Shown here: positions 1-12,744 of the stretch, piece after piece
How the letters are laid out: each line of letters begins with the position of its first letter
How positions within the stretch are numbered: position 1 is the first letter of the stretch
Origin: Dipteris shenzhenensis
Taxonomy: Eukaryota
Length of the DNA: 64,000 bases
Reading direction: 5' to 3' (one strand)
Assembly (NCBI GenBank): GCA_047967505.1
Contig: CM106538.1
Translations under genes and position numbers: made by a program
Notes under the pieces: generated by a model
Databases searched by the model: none
Seen by the model: the letters and a program-made list of their open reading frames with translations, nothing else
What the model was told of the DNA's origin: nothing

Positions 1-1490
1 AAAATAGTATTTAATGCTCGATCGACCATGCAAAGGATATCCGATGGGCACAATACTTTTTGTAGTTGAAATGGACTTGCGTGCAAAGTGGAGCCCCCAT
101 CCGATAAGTACTTGTTTGATTAACACACCTAGGACCGTGCTTTTTCATGGTTGTGCATGACACTAAGGAAAAAACGTTGTTTTATGCTTGATCGACAATG
201 CAAAGCATATCCGATGGGCACAATACTTTGCACAAACCTTCAACTAGGTGGAATTGACTTACATGCAAAGTGGCACTCCCATCCCATAAGTTCTTGATCG
301 GATAACATACCTAGTAGCGTGTTTTTTTACGGACGTCCATGACACTAGAGCAAAAATAGTATTTATTGCTCGATCGATCATGCAAAGGATATCCGATGGG
401 CACAACACTTTTCGTACGCCTCAACCTAGGTGGTATTGGAATTTCTCAAAGAGGCACACCCATCCGATAAGTACTTGGTCAGATAACACACCTAAGGGTG
501 TGTTTTTTTACGGATGTGCATATCACTCGGGAAAAAATGGTGTATAATGCGTGATCGACCATGCAAAGCATATCCGATGGTGAAAATACTTTGAACACAC
601 CTCAACATAGTTAAAACGGACTTGCGTGCAAAGTAGAGCCCCCATCCGATAAGTACTTGTTTGAATAACACACCTAGGGCTGTGTTTTTATATGGTTGTG
701 CATGACACTAAGGCAAAAACGGTGTTTTATGCTTGATCCACAATGAAAGCATATCCGATGGGCACAATACTTTGCACACACCTTCAACCAGGTGGAATTG
801 ACTTACGTGCAAAGTGGCATTCCCATCGCATAAGTACTTGATCGGATAACACACCTAGCAGCGTGTTTTTTTTTACGGATGTGCATGACACTAGAGCAAA
901 AATAGTATTTAATGCTCGATCGACCATCCAAAGCATATCCGATGGGAACAATTCTTTTCCTACGCCTTAACCTAGGTGGTATTGAGATTTTCTCAAAGAG
1001 GCACACCCATCCGATAAGTACTTGGTCAGATAACATACCTAAGGGCGTGTTTTTTTGCAGATGTGCATATCACTACGGGAAGAACGTTGTATAATGTGTA
1101 ATGGACCATGCAAAGCATATCCGATGGTGACAATACTTTGCACGCATCTCAACCTAGTTGAAACGAACTTGTGTGAAAAGTGGAGCCCCCATCCAATAAG
1201 TACTTGTTTGATTAACATACTTAGGGCCGTGTTTTTTCATGGTTGTGCATGACACTAAGGCAAAAACGGGGTTTTATGCTTGATCGACAATGCAAAGTAT
1301 ATCCGATGGGCACAATACTTTGCACACACCTTCAACTAGGTGGAATTTACTTACATGCAAAGTGGCACACCCATCCCATAAGTGCTTGATTGGATAACAT
1401 ACCTAGTAGGCTCGTGTTTTTTTACAGATGTGCATGACACTAGAGCAAAAATAGTATTTAATGCTCGATCGACCATGCAAAGGATAACTT
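1..1490. repeat. Tandem array of ~182-bp monomers with a ~547-bp trimeric higher-order repeat; runs off the window start
   Basis: Anchor ATCCGATGG recurs at about 39, 209, 391, 572, 753, 937, 1119 and 1301. Every third monomer is most similar (391/937, 572/1119, 753/1301). Confidence 0.9.
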
Positions 1491-1650
1491 GGCATGTCCA
1501 TCTGATGAGTACTTGATCGAATAACTTCTCCCACCAATAAATTAAGTACTAATTAAAAATTATAATAAATCAGTAGATTAATAAAAAGAGACAAATATTT
1601 ATGTAATTGTTGCTACTGCAGCTTGCTTGTGAAGGACTCTCACAAAGGAG

Positions 1651-2278
1651 ATGGCTATAGATTTTGTTCCAGGGATGGATGTGATTTTATGTAGCAAAAG
1701 AGAAGTAGTTGCATTTGCTACAATCCATGAAAGTGATCCCAATTCAGTTTGCCACTTTCGAAGACTTGGCGAAGATAAGGTGGCAGTTACTGTATCAAAG
1801 ATTCTTAGCGCACATGTTGAGCTAAAGTATAAATGTGGAGATATGGAAACACTTGGAGATGTTATGCCCTACAATACATCCAACAAATCATTTATAGCAT
1901 GGGACAAAGATGAGACTTATGCAATAGACATTATCAAGAATACAAAGTGCACCACCTTGGATTTTACTATAGGGGACATTTTTGCAAATGAGATCATTTG
2001 CAAATAAGACTGTAGCAGAAGGTGAAGTATTGGGATTTGAACAAGTGGAACAATGGTCATTTGCACAGATGAGGATTCTAAAAGTCACTGATGATGGTAT
2101 GGTTGATAACATAACATCCTTATGTGATCCCTACTATGAGGTAGGCAAGAATATGAGATGGAGCATGCAATTTTTAAACATGAGAAAGAGGCACGTGGTT
2201 TTCAATGATAAAGACAAGGTATACTACAATATCAAAGGACCTAAAAAGCGTGCCCATGTGCTAGGCTCTATCACTTGA
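1651..2278 (+). pseudogene. Frameshifted ORF resembling the TNP1/En-Spm-type transposon accessory domain; probably the N-terminal part of the downstream transposase gene
   Basis: VVAFATIHESDPNSVCHFRRLGEDKVAVTV...TLGDV...FIAW followed by a second VAEGEV-like unit, across ORFs 1651-2007 and 1982-2278. Resemblance recalled, not searched. Confidence 0.45.
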
Positions 2279-3485
2279 AATGTGGATGATTTCAGTATAC
2301 TCAATTATAGAAGTGACATCTTATCTGGAGTGGATGAGTTCATTGGTTCCGAGAAACAAAATGATTTTAGAAGCGAAGCCTTATCTGGGGTGGATGAATT
2401 CTTGCACAGTGAGAAGGGCAAAGGTTTCAATAGCGATGTCTTGTCAAGTGTGGATGAGTTCATGCATATTAACAAACCTGGTGTCAATCAAGCTTGTGGA
2501 TTTATGAAAGCCATGCAAGATGTCCCAATGAGTGATGTTCTCTTAGGAGTGGAAGAGTTTCAAGGTTCTGAATACTCTCGTAGAATATTGAATTCATTGA
2601 ATGGTCCTAAGAGTATGTTAAAAACGAGGATGAGATCAACATAGGATTATTCAATATTTAAGTTGATTGTGATATGGATAAGGATGCAACGACCAATCAT
2701 GGATGCTTGGTTACAAACAAATGTGAGGAGAAGAAGTGCATAAATATAGATAACAACGTGCATGAGGAATGAAAACGGTCATACATATGCATGAAGAGAA
2801 AGCGAATCCAGGTAGATCCACAAAAGCAACCAAAGAGGAAGAGAGTAATGAAGGAGGAGAACATGTTAAATGCCTTGGGATATCTATGTTGCAAGCGAAG
2901 ATGTATGCGCTTCATTGATTTTCCAGACATCATGGAATGTAGAGGACACATGTGGCAAAGAAGAGAAAGCGAAAGAAATGAATACCTTCTCACAAGTCTC
3001 TCTTGCTTTCTTCAGAATGGCAATAAAAGGCTAAGTTCAAGACAAAAGGTAAACCCTCTCGTAAATGGAAAAAGGATTTGCAATAAGGCATATCGCAATA
3101 TTACTAGATTATCCCATGGTACATATTGGGATTTAGTCACCAAGGCAAAGGGCGGCAACAAATTTAGCATTCACGGTAATAGAGGAAGGTCCAAATCAAG
3201 AATCTCAACTGTCAGGACAGCAGCGATTTTGCAAGACTTCATACATGAAAATCCTTTACCTCAACCCCATATATCTATCAAACTCCCTAACGGTGATGCG
3301 ATCACTGAAATGCACCTTCCAATGGGCTTGACAAACCTCGAAGTATTTGACTCTATTGCAGAAAAGCAAAGGCAAAGAGGGGATGCCGTAGCTTCTTCTC
3401 ATACTTTGTATACTCTTTGGAAGAAGAACTTTGGATATGTTAAAGTCCCAAGGAAGCAAAAAATGTCAAAGTGCAATGTCTGTGA

Positions 3486-3783
3486 TGTTGAGATATCAAG
3501 CTCTACCCCCGATACATCTCCTGGATGACTATCATTTATGTCACCGCCTATGTTAGTTGTACTCGTGGTGTAGTTAGACTACCACGTATGTTTTTGGTTT
3601 GGGTTCACATATGAACCACGTATTCTAGGTTTTGACATATAGGGTATTTCCCTCTTCTATTGTATTGTTGTTGTGTGCAAAAGTGAAGAAAGGCTTCACC
3701 CTCCAACCTTGTGTCCTCTCTCTTTTGTGTGTTGTGAAGAAAGCTGAACTTGAGTCTCCTATCTCTCTCCCTCATTCTTTACA
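3486..3783 (+). repeat. 5' LTR of Copia family A
   Basis: TGTTGAGATATC...TTTACA, apparently identical to 8665-8962. Confidence 0.95.
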
Positions 3784-3796
3784 TGGTATCAGAGCC
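3784..3796 (+). promoter_or_regulatory. Primer-binding site (tRNA-iMet)
   Basis: TGGTATCAGAGCC immediately after the LTR CA. Confidence 0.9.
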
Positions 3797-4351
3797 TTGT
3801 TCGTGGTAAGGAGCTCAAGAAAGCTAGCCAAATTTGTGGTGTCCTGGTAAGAGGACCAGTGTAGCTTTCCTATTTCGAGTTTGGGAGCAAATATCTACAG
3901 GTAGCACAGCCAGAAGTGCAGGAGTGCACTGCTTCAGATTGAGAGGCCCTTCGCGGTGCGGCGAGAGCGCAGTATATGCTGCGGGATAGGGCGAAGCCCT
4001 TGGTGACTTTATTTTTCTGATTTGAGGCTGTTTCGGGGCCCGTTTTGAAGGCGGAAGTTCTTCGCAGGAACTCAGAAAAAGGCACAGTTTTTGCTGTGCG
4101 CGGCTAGTCGGTGGAAAGGTGCCACAAAAATTGCATCGTATGCCTATGTGCAGAGATATTGGGAGTTGCAGATTCATGCCTGTTGCCTGTTGATGCAAAA
4201 TCGTCACGAGGAAGTGACTGTGTGGTGAAATACCACTTTTGTCAGTGTTGCAGATCTACCCCTGTGAGGCTCTTTGCAGAAGTTTTGCTATTTGCCCTTC
4301 TGAGGCATTTGCTGTGTTTACAGGTTGCTGTTGCAATTCGTGATTTGTAAA

Positions 4352-7300
4352 ATGTCTGAGAATCTGTCTACCATTGTCAGTGAGAAGCTTGACAAGAACA
4401 ACTTCCAAGCATGGAAGTTCAGGATGACAAACTTCTTTATGGGAAAGGGAGTTTGGGATTACATCAGTGGTGAAACTGCAGAACCAGTTTTGGGTGCTGC
4501 TCCCACTCCTGCTGAATTGAAGGCCTTTAAAGAATGGCATGAAAAAGCCAGAAAATGCCTGTATTGGCTGTCCGTTAGCATTTCAGATTCTATGATTGTG
4601 CATATACAGGATCTAGAGACGCCTAAGGAGGCATGGGATACATTGGTGAAGCTGTATAGCACAAATACCAAAGCACGAAAGATGCAGCTAAAGCAGGAGT
4701 TGCACAATGTGCAAAGGAAAAATATGAATATAAATGAGTATTCCTTGAAGGTGAAAGGCCTTGCAGATTCTCTTGCCTCCATTGGAGCACCTGTTGATGA
4801 TGAGGACTTAGTGTCCGTGACCTTGAATGGTCTTGGGAAAGATTATGCACAATTTCGGACATCCATTGGAGTCCGTGAAACATTTCCTGATTTTCAGGAA
4901 CTTATTGCTCTCTTGCTGAGTGAAGAGCAAAGGAATGGTGGTTCAGCCACCTCAACTTCTCAAGAGACTGCTTTCTACTCGAATACAGGTAGAGGCAGGG
5001 GTAGAGGAAGAGGCCGTTCTGGTGGCCGTGCAGGAAATCAGAACCAACAGCAACAACAGGAAAACCAGTCCTATGGAGGAGGACGTGGTAGTTCTAGAGG
5101 CAGGGGGAGCCAAAGAGGCCGTGGTTCATGGCAAAGGAACCAGCAAGTAAATAGCAGCACAGAATGCTATTATTGTGGAAAGCCTGGACACAAGGAGAAT
5201 ACATGCTATAAAAAGCAGAATGACATCAAAAGTGGGAAGTTGCAGCAAAGCAACTATGCATCATCAAGTGGGCATGGTGACGACAGAAATGAGCACCTTT
5301 TTGTGATGCAGCATATGGTTAACTCCATGTGAGCAGATGCTGCAGCTTGCAATGATGTTTGGTATGTTGATTCGGGTGCCTCTAACCACATGACCAGTCA
5401 TGGTGAGTGGTTTCATGATGTTAGAAATTTGGATAAGCGAGGTTATGTTGAAACAGGTGATGATACTGCGCACCAAATTACGCAGGTTGGTAAAGTGCCA
5501 TTGGCTATGCAGGATGGCAAAACGAAGTACTTGGCAGATGTACTTCATGTTCCAAAAATCACTAAGAACCTGGTTTCAGTTGGCCAGATGGTTGAGCAAG
5601 GTCTGCAGGTTAGATTTAATCCTGATGGATGCTTCGTTGAAGACCTGAAAAATAAATGCCGCTTGGTTGCGAAAGGCAACAAAAATGGAAGAATGTTCAC
5701 CTTGGATGTTGATATGCCTGAGGTGAAAGCTGCTATGTTTGCGCATGGGAGAGGTGTCATTGCAGATATTGAGATATGGCACAAGCGCATTGGGCACGTG
5801 AATATACAAAGGCTGAAATCTATGCAAACGAAAAACATTGTTGCAGGTTTGCCTAAATTCAGAGTTGAGGGAATGCAAAAGGTATGTGAAGCATGCCAAA
5901 TGGGTAAGCAGGCCAGACATGCATTTCCCAAAAATGCTAAGGTGAGCAGAAGACCTTTGGAAGTGATCCATTCAGATGTTTGGACAACCAAAGCTGCTTC
6001 TATTGGTGGATACCATTATTATGTCACGTTTATTGATGACTACACTAGGAAGGTGTGGATTTATTTTATGAAGCACAAAAGTGAAGTGTTCAGCCATTTC
6101 AAGGCTTTTAAGGCCATGGTTGAAAAAGAGAAAGGTGTGCATATTAAAGTGCTAAGATCTGATGGAGGGGGAGAGTACTTTTCAGAAGAATTTTGTGAAT
6201 ATCTGAAAGAACAGGGAATTCAAAGGAAGTACTCATGCAGGTCTACCCCTCAGCAGAATGGGGTTGCAGAAAGGAAGAACAGGCATATTGCAGAAGTAGG
6301 ACGGGCGATCCTAAATGAGAAAAACATGCCTGATTATTTTTGGGCTGAAGCAGTAGCAACTGCTGTTTATATTATGAACAGAACCCCCACTGCAGCTGTC
6401 CATGGCATGACGCCTGAAGAAATGTATATAGGCCAAAAACCAGATATTTCTCAGTTGAAGGTATTTGGTTGCATAGCTTATGTTCATGTTCCTGATGAGA
6501 AGAGAACAAAGCTGGATCCAAAGGCAGAAAAATGCATCTTTATTGGATATGCTTAGCACCAGAAAGGGTATCGCTGTTATAACCCTTCCACCCGCAAAAT
6601 GCAAGTGAGCAGAGATGTTGTTTTTGATGAAATGAGCAGCTGGTATGCACCAACTGTTATGGTAGGAGATGCAGATGCAGGAAATGGGAATGCTGCAATA
6701 AATGCAGAACAACAATCTCAAGTCTTGAGTGGACCGAGAGAGTCCTCTACTAGTGGATCTAATGCATGGACAAGGAGATTGAGATCTAGTGAATCGTCAC
6801 ATGGCAGTCCTGATAGTGTTGTGCAGGTATCACATAAGGGAAAAGAAAAAGTGGACCATGCTCCAGTATTTGATGTGTCTGCTGGTAGCTCTCATGTTGA
6901 TGGAGAGTCAAGCGGCTCTGAAATGAGCCTTGATGAGGAACTTGGGATTCCTTCTGTTGTTACACCTGGTGCAAGGAAAAGCAGGCATGATTTAAAGACG
7001 CCTGCAACTGATCCCGTTGTACGGAGGTCCACTCGTATTAAGTATCCAGTTGACAGGCTGAGATATGATGGGTATACAGCACATCACTATGCTTATATGG
7101 TCAAGGTTCTAGAGGAGCCAGAGCCCACATGTTTTGAGGATGCAGCAGGGCATAAAAATTGGGAAGCAGCTATGGATGAAGAGATGGCTGCCTTGGATGC
7201 AAACCACGCTTGGGATTTGATGCCTTTGCCTCATGATAAGAAGGTTATTGGCTGCAGGTGGGTTTACAAAGTAAAGCATAATGCTGATGGGTCTGTTAGC

Positions 7301-8707
7301 AGGTACAAGGCAAGATTGGTTGCCAAAGGTTTTGCGCAGACATATGGAATTGACTATGAGGAAACTTTCAGCCCAGTTGCAAGGATGGCAACCGTGAGAG
7401 CAGTAATTGCTATGGCTGCTGCAAAGGGATGGTCTTTGCATCAGATGGATGTGAAAAATGCCTTCTTGCATGGTGACTTGCAGGAAGAGGTTTATATGAT
7501 GCAGCCAGAAGGTTATGAGGATAAAGCACACCCCGATTTTGTATGCAGGTTGCGCAAAGCCTTGTATGGCTTAAAACAGGCGCCGAGGGCATGGTCAGAC
7601 AAGATAGGGCAATATCTTGTCACTATTGGATTTTAGATTTCCAATTCAGATTTTTCACTTTATGTGAAAAGGACAAACAGAGGGATTGTGCTTATAGTCA
7701 TCTATGTTGATGACTTGATTATTACAGGTGATAGTGATGCAGACATTAATGAAGTGAAGCTGCTGTTGAAGCAGAAATTTGAGATGAAGGATTTGGGAGA
7801 GCTGCGTTACTTCTTGGGCATTGAGGTTATTAGATCCCCGAGTGGGATATGGCTGTTGCAAAGGCAATACGGTTTGGACATGCTGTCCAAATATGGGATG
7901 ACAGGCTGTAAGCCTATCTCTGTTCCATTGGAGCAGAATGTGAAGCTCAATGCAGAGTCAGGTGAGCTTCTTGAAGATATTACTATGTACAGGCGCATAG
8001 TAGGTAGCTTGATTTACATGACTATAACCCGACCAGACTTGAGCTATGCTGTGGGGCTGGTGAGTCAGTTTATGCAGGCACCGAGGAAGCCACATTTGGA
8101 TGCGGCTAGGCGCATACTGCGGTATGTGAAGTCCACATTGCATTATGGACTGTTTTATGAAGCTGGGTGTGCATTACAGGTACATGGATACACAGATGCT
8201 GACTGGGCTGGTAGTGTCTCAGACAGGAGATCTACTAGTGGTTTTATGTTTTCCCTTGGGAGTGGTGCCATCAGTTGGAGCAGCAAGAAGCAGCCAACAG
8301 TTGCCTTGTCGAGCACAGAGGCTGAGTACAGGGGTGCAGCAATGGCTGCATGTGAGGTAGCTTGGTTACGGAAGCTACTTGCAGATATGGGACAGTCAGT
8401 TCATGCAGCAGTTGTCATTCATTGTGACAACATTAGCAGCATCATGCTTGCTAATAACCCAGTTTATCATGCTAGAACGAAGCACATTGAGGTGCATTAT
8501 CACTTTGTGAGAGAGAAGGTTCTAGCTGGTGAGATTGATCTTGTCTATGTCAGCACTGAGGAGCAGGTGGCTGATATCTTTACGAAGGCATTGGGTACCG
8601 AGAAGCTTCGCAGATTTAGGAGCTTGCTTGGTGTACGTGAGATGGATTTGAGCTTGAGGGGGAGTGTTGAGATATCAAGCTCTACCCCCGATACATCTCC
8701 TGGATGA
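4352..8707 (+). pseudogene. Copia gag-pol polyprotein (gag, zinc knuckle, protease, integrase, RT, RNase H) in one frame with three in-frame stops
   Basis: CYYCGKPGHKENTC; WYVDSGAS; HKRIGH...CEAC; LRSDGGGEY; YVDD; YTDADWAG. Stops at 5330, 6554 and 7634. Confidence 0.95.
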
Positions 8708-8962
8708 CTATCATTTATGTCACCGCCTATGTTAGTTGTACTCGTGGTGTAGTTAGACTACCACGTATGTTTTTGGTTTGGGTTCACATATGAACCACGT
8801 ATTCTAGGTTTTGACATATAGGGTATTTCCCTCTTCTATTGTATTGTTGTTGTGTGCAAAAGTGAAGAAAGGCTTCACCCTCCAACCTTGTGTCCTCTCT
8901 CTTTTGTGTGTTGTGAAGAAAGCTGAACTTGAGTCTCCTATCTCTCTCCCTCATTCTTTACA
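8665..8962 (+). repeat. 3' LTR of Copia family A
   Basis: Direct repeat of 3486-3783, preceded by the PPT. Confidence 0.95.
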
Positions 8963-9091
8963 TGTGATGATTTAAAGTGAGCGATTGAGAGTGCAATATG
9001 TCCAAATCAAAGGGAATTATACAAAAAAAACCGAAAATCTCATCATGACCTTATTCAACATTCCAAACAAAAATATGTATTTTGGAAGGAG

Positions 9092-9338
9092 CTCAGGGGG
9101 GTCACTATGTATAAACCCTCTATATCACGTGCATTCAAGGCCTATATTTAAAATCCCTTATTTGTAAAAATTTTCATTAATAAAATGTACCCCTTTTCTA
9201 TACAAATCTGTAATTTTTTTCCAAAACTATTTTAAATAGTCCCTTATGTATACTTATTTCTATAAATTTTAGAAATAAAAAATATCCTTATGTTGAACTC
9301 ACGTGATAGGGTTACATATGATGAGTGACCCCCCCGAG
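9092..9338 (+). mobile_element. MITE (~247 bp), hAT-like 8-bp TSD, copy 1
   Basis: TIRs CTCAGGGGGGTCACT / AGTGACCCCCCCGAG; TSD GGAAGGAG at 9084-9091 and 9339-9346; AT-rich interior. Confidence 0.92.
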
Positions 9339-10879
9339 GGAAGGAGCAAGCTATTTCGCATCCGATGACTACATGTGCCTTATTGTAGATGGCATGGATC
9401 AGAATACAACAACATTGCCTCGTTTTGTTGCCACTCCACCTAAATTACAAGGAAAGCACTTTCTAAAGACACATCTATGTGGAGTGTTAGTGCATGAAAT
9501 TAAGTTCTTTGCAGATATATGGATTGATTCCTTGCATCTACATGATAGCAATCAAGTTGTAACATCTATTATGAAGGCAATTCACAATATACATGCAGAA
9601 AAAGGTCGCCTACCACCGACTTTGAGAATACAAGCTGATAATTGCTGGCGAGAAAATAAGAATGTACTCATGTTTGCATTCTGCTCCATGCTAGTTGCTC
9701 ATCGAATCTTCAATGAGGTCGAATGTGGATTTTTGTATGTTGGGCATACACATGAGGATATCGATCAGGTTTTTATCACAGTCTCAAGGGAGCTTAAATG
9801 CAAGGATGTGGAGACAATAGATGACTTGGTAAGAAGATGTGGCAGGCAAGTTGGTGGTCGTAAGGAAAGTACAGTATGTGAGAGGCTCGAAAGAATGTAT
9901 GATTGGAAGAGCTTCATTCTACCTTTCATACAAACGGGTGGTGATGCATTGACAGGTCATACCAATCCACACTACTTTCATTTTTTTTAAAAAGATGAAA
10001 AGCCTATAATGCAATGGCAACAGTATTCTCATGATACAAAATGGGAACCTGAAGAACCTTACAGTCTCTTAACTTCAATTCCCAGCAAGGAAAGGTATCC
10101 AACATGGGCTCCTATACAAGAATTCAATGAGAGGTCTAACTGTGAAATAGAAGGATTAAAAGCATTTATTACATACAAAGAGGGATTCAAAGCCTACTTG
10201 GAGAGAACACACTACCATTGTAATTAACAAGACATGAAATTTAATAAAGGACCTTGAGAGAATGCGAGGCTCAAAGGATGTCAAGGAAGAATGCAATATG
10301 CTTTGGCCAAATGTTCATAACGATTTGCGCCCAGCTCCAGTCTTTGAAAATGAATTTGTATCATTACTCCCATGTCCATATTATGGACCGAAGAAGAGAG
10401 AGTTTATGCCACAAGTAGATATAGAGGTCGATTGTTTTGTTGTGGTTTGGCCATCGGATGATGAATATGAGAATGTGAAGTTTTGGGTTGCAAAAGTAGT
10501 TGATGTGCAAAGAGATGACCAAGGGAGAGCTACAACATTTACAGCGGTATGGTATCAACCAAAGGGCAGGAAGGAGAATATGGATAACAACACATTGTAT
10601 ACTAATTGTATAATGAAGGAGTGGGTCCCAGATGATGAAGCCATCTCTCAAGTTTCGACGGAGACAATCATAGTGTCTTGGCATTCAAGGGCAAAGAAAT
10701 CAAAGAAGCACATGGGATATGAGGTAGAAGGAAAAATAAAAATACCATAGCAAACTATTTTGCATATACACGAATTTTTAAGGATGCTCACCATGGAGGA
10801 AGTAGAAGGAGACAGCGTAAATGAAGAATGTCCATGATTAAAGCTTTGTATTGAAGTCCATTGAAGGATTTTATTTGGG

Positions 10880-11320
10880 TACTAGGCAAGAAGCCAATCC
10901 AAGACAATTATAATCAGAGTCATCACCTCCTATGTCAAGGCTTGCCAAGACAATAGGGAGTTAATGCAGATGGCACCTGGCAAGGGACTATCACATTGAG
11001 CAATAAGACAATGGGGAGTCAATGCACCCAAGGGGCAAGGCTTGGCAAGACAACTTGTGGGAGTTAATGCAGATGGCACCTGTATTTTGCACTAGATGTC
11101 ACCCAAGGGTCAAGGATTGGCAAGACAATAGGGAGTTAATGCAGATGGCACCTAGCAAGGGACTATTGCATTGAGCAATAAGACAATGGGGAGTCAATGC
11201 ACCCAAGGGGCAAGGCTTGGCAAGACAAGTGGGAGTCAAATTATGCAGATGGCATCTGGTAAGGGACTATCGTGACATTGAGCAATAAGACAATGGGGAG
11301 TCAAATTATGCAGATGGCAC
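10880..11320. repeat. Irregular tandem repeats 3' of the transposase (possible subterminal repeats)
   Basis: Repeated CAAGACAAT(A/G)GGGAGT(T/C)AATGCAGATGGCACC and CAAGGGACTA...TTGAGCAATAAGAC units. Confidence 0.75.
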
Positions 11321-12744
11321 GAATTGAGGCTCTTTAAGAGCAACAATTTAAATTGTAAACATATGTTCAATCTATATCATTTTGGATATAAAGACTCTAG
11401 CTGAGAGCAACGTCTCTCAATGTAATCATTTAATAATAGCTATAATTGCTATTATACCTCTTTGGTTCAATACAAAACTTGGGTCTTATGGCATCATGTC
11501 TTTTTTCTATTTATTAAAAGTTTTAAAAATTTTGTGCATATTACGAGTGACAATGTTATTTTCATGAAATATTTAAGTCTCCTTTCATGGATTTATAAAT
11601 TTATCACGTTAAGAAAAAACTTCAAGGAAAAATATTAAAAATAATTAAATTAACAAATAACTTAGATATAGCTAGAATTTCTAATATAGGATTATTTCAA
11701 ATTCTTGCATGTTGGTGCAAAAATATAGATTTAAAAAACAATATTTTTATGTGAATATGATAGTGCCACAAAGTGAACTTTTGATTTGGGAAGAATATTT
11801 TTAGAAAGTAAAATTTTGATTTGGGAAGGATATTTTCACAAAGTAAAGTTTTCATTTGGGAAGGATTTTTGGGCTTCGTCCAAAAATAACAGAAAAAGTC
11901 CAAAATTAATGAAATAGGTGTTGCATATGAAATGGTTGTTTGTGTTGTTTAGTTTAAAATACTTGTGATCTAGTATAATTAATAGACTAATGGGAAACCC
12001 ATGTGTTGTTGCAATTGGTAAAATAATAGCTTAGTTAGACTCCTTCAGCTATCAGTGCCTTGGTTATAAGTAGCATTGAGATTCAGATTTGCATGTTGGT
12101 ATTCTTCTACCAAGTTTCCATCCTCAATAAAGACCTGACATTAATTGTGAAGGCCCAAATTGTGAGCAAATTATAAGGATTCTTATTGCTAGCAAGCAAT
12201 CATAACTCAAAAGTATACAGTTTCTTCCACATGAAAAAGAACACCTTGCTTTGCACTCTTTAGGGGCATTGTCAACGTCAACTTTATACCCCTATCATGT
12301 TGGTGCCACCATGCATTACTTCTTTCTAGAGGAATTCATCTCCCTTGATTCATTACTTGCCTTACTTCCATTTCACTCTTCGCTATTCCTCTTTTACCTG
12401 TACCTGCATCATTGTCCTCTTTGGAAATATTTTGTGTAGAATGTAGGGGACTACATTTCTAGTGTAGAATCTAGTGTCTAACACACACTTCTCCACACAC
12501 TCAAATGGTAGGCGCATGTAAGCATGATGCAAATTTCATAAGAATGGAGTTCATTGTGTTCTTTATTGTAATTAGCTTTGTGTTCATTGATTATTTAAAA
12601 TATGAATATATTTTAGATTCTCTCTCAATACTTGGTTTTTTCATGCATGTTTTGCTATAAATCCTTTTGTGAAAAGATGCAAGCAGAGCAAAGGAAAGTT
12701 GGCTCAAAGTCATTAGGCGGCATCTTTGTATAGGGATAAGTAAG

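Larger units (their letters stand above)
3486..8962 (+). mobile_element. Full-length Ty1/Copia LTR retrotransposon (family A)
   Basis: 298-bp TG...CA LTRs at 3486-3783 and 8665-8962. PBS TGGTATCAGAGCC (tRNA-iMet) at 3784. PPT GAGGGGGAG before 8665. 5-bp TSD TGTGA at 3481-3485 and 8963-8967. Confidence 0.97.
2791..10837 (+). pseudogene. Sola-like DDE/DDD (RNase H fold) transposase, interrupted by a Copia (3486-8962) and a MITE (9092-9338)
   Basis: CCKRRC and KCNVCD Cys motifs precede the Copia. After the TGTGA TSD the frame resumes as CDDLK*AIES...YVFWKE. The core has LIVDGMDQN, LRIQADNCWRENKN and GFLYVGHTHEDIDQVF. The C-terminal segment is FVVVWP...FWVAKV...AVWY. Several stops and frameshifts are present. 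Confidence 0.7.

Noticed and set aside
3486-3528. C-terminus VEISSSTPDTSPG of ORF 2791-3528
   Set aside because: Read-through into the Copia LTR; the true continuation is after 8967. The same applies to the kinase ORF tail at 13715-13749.
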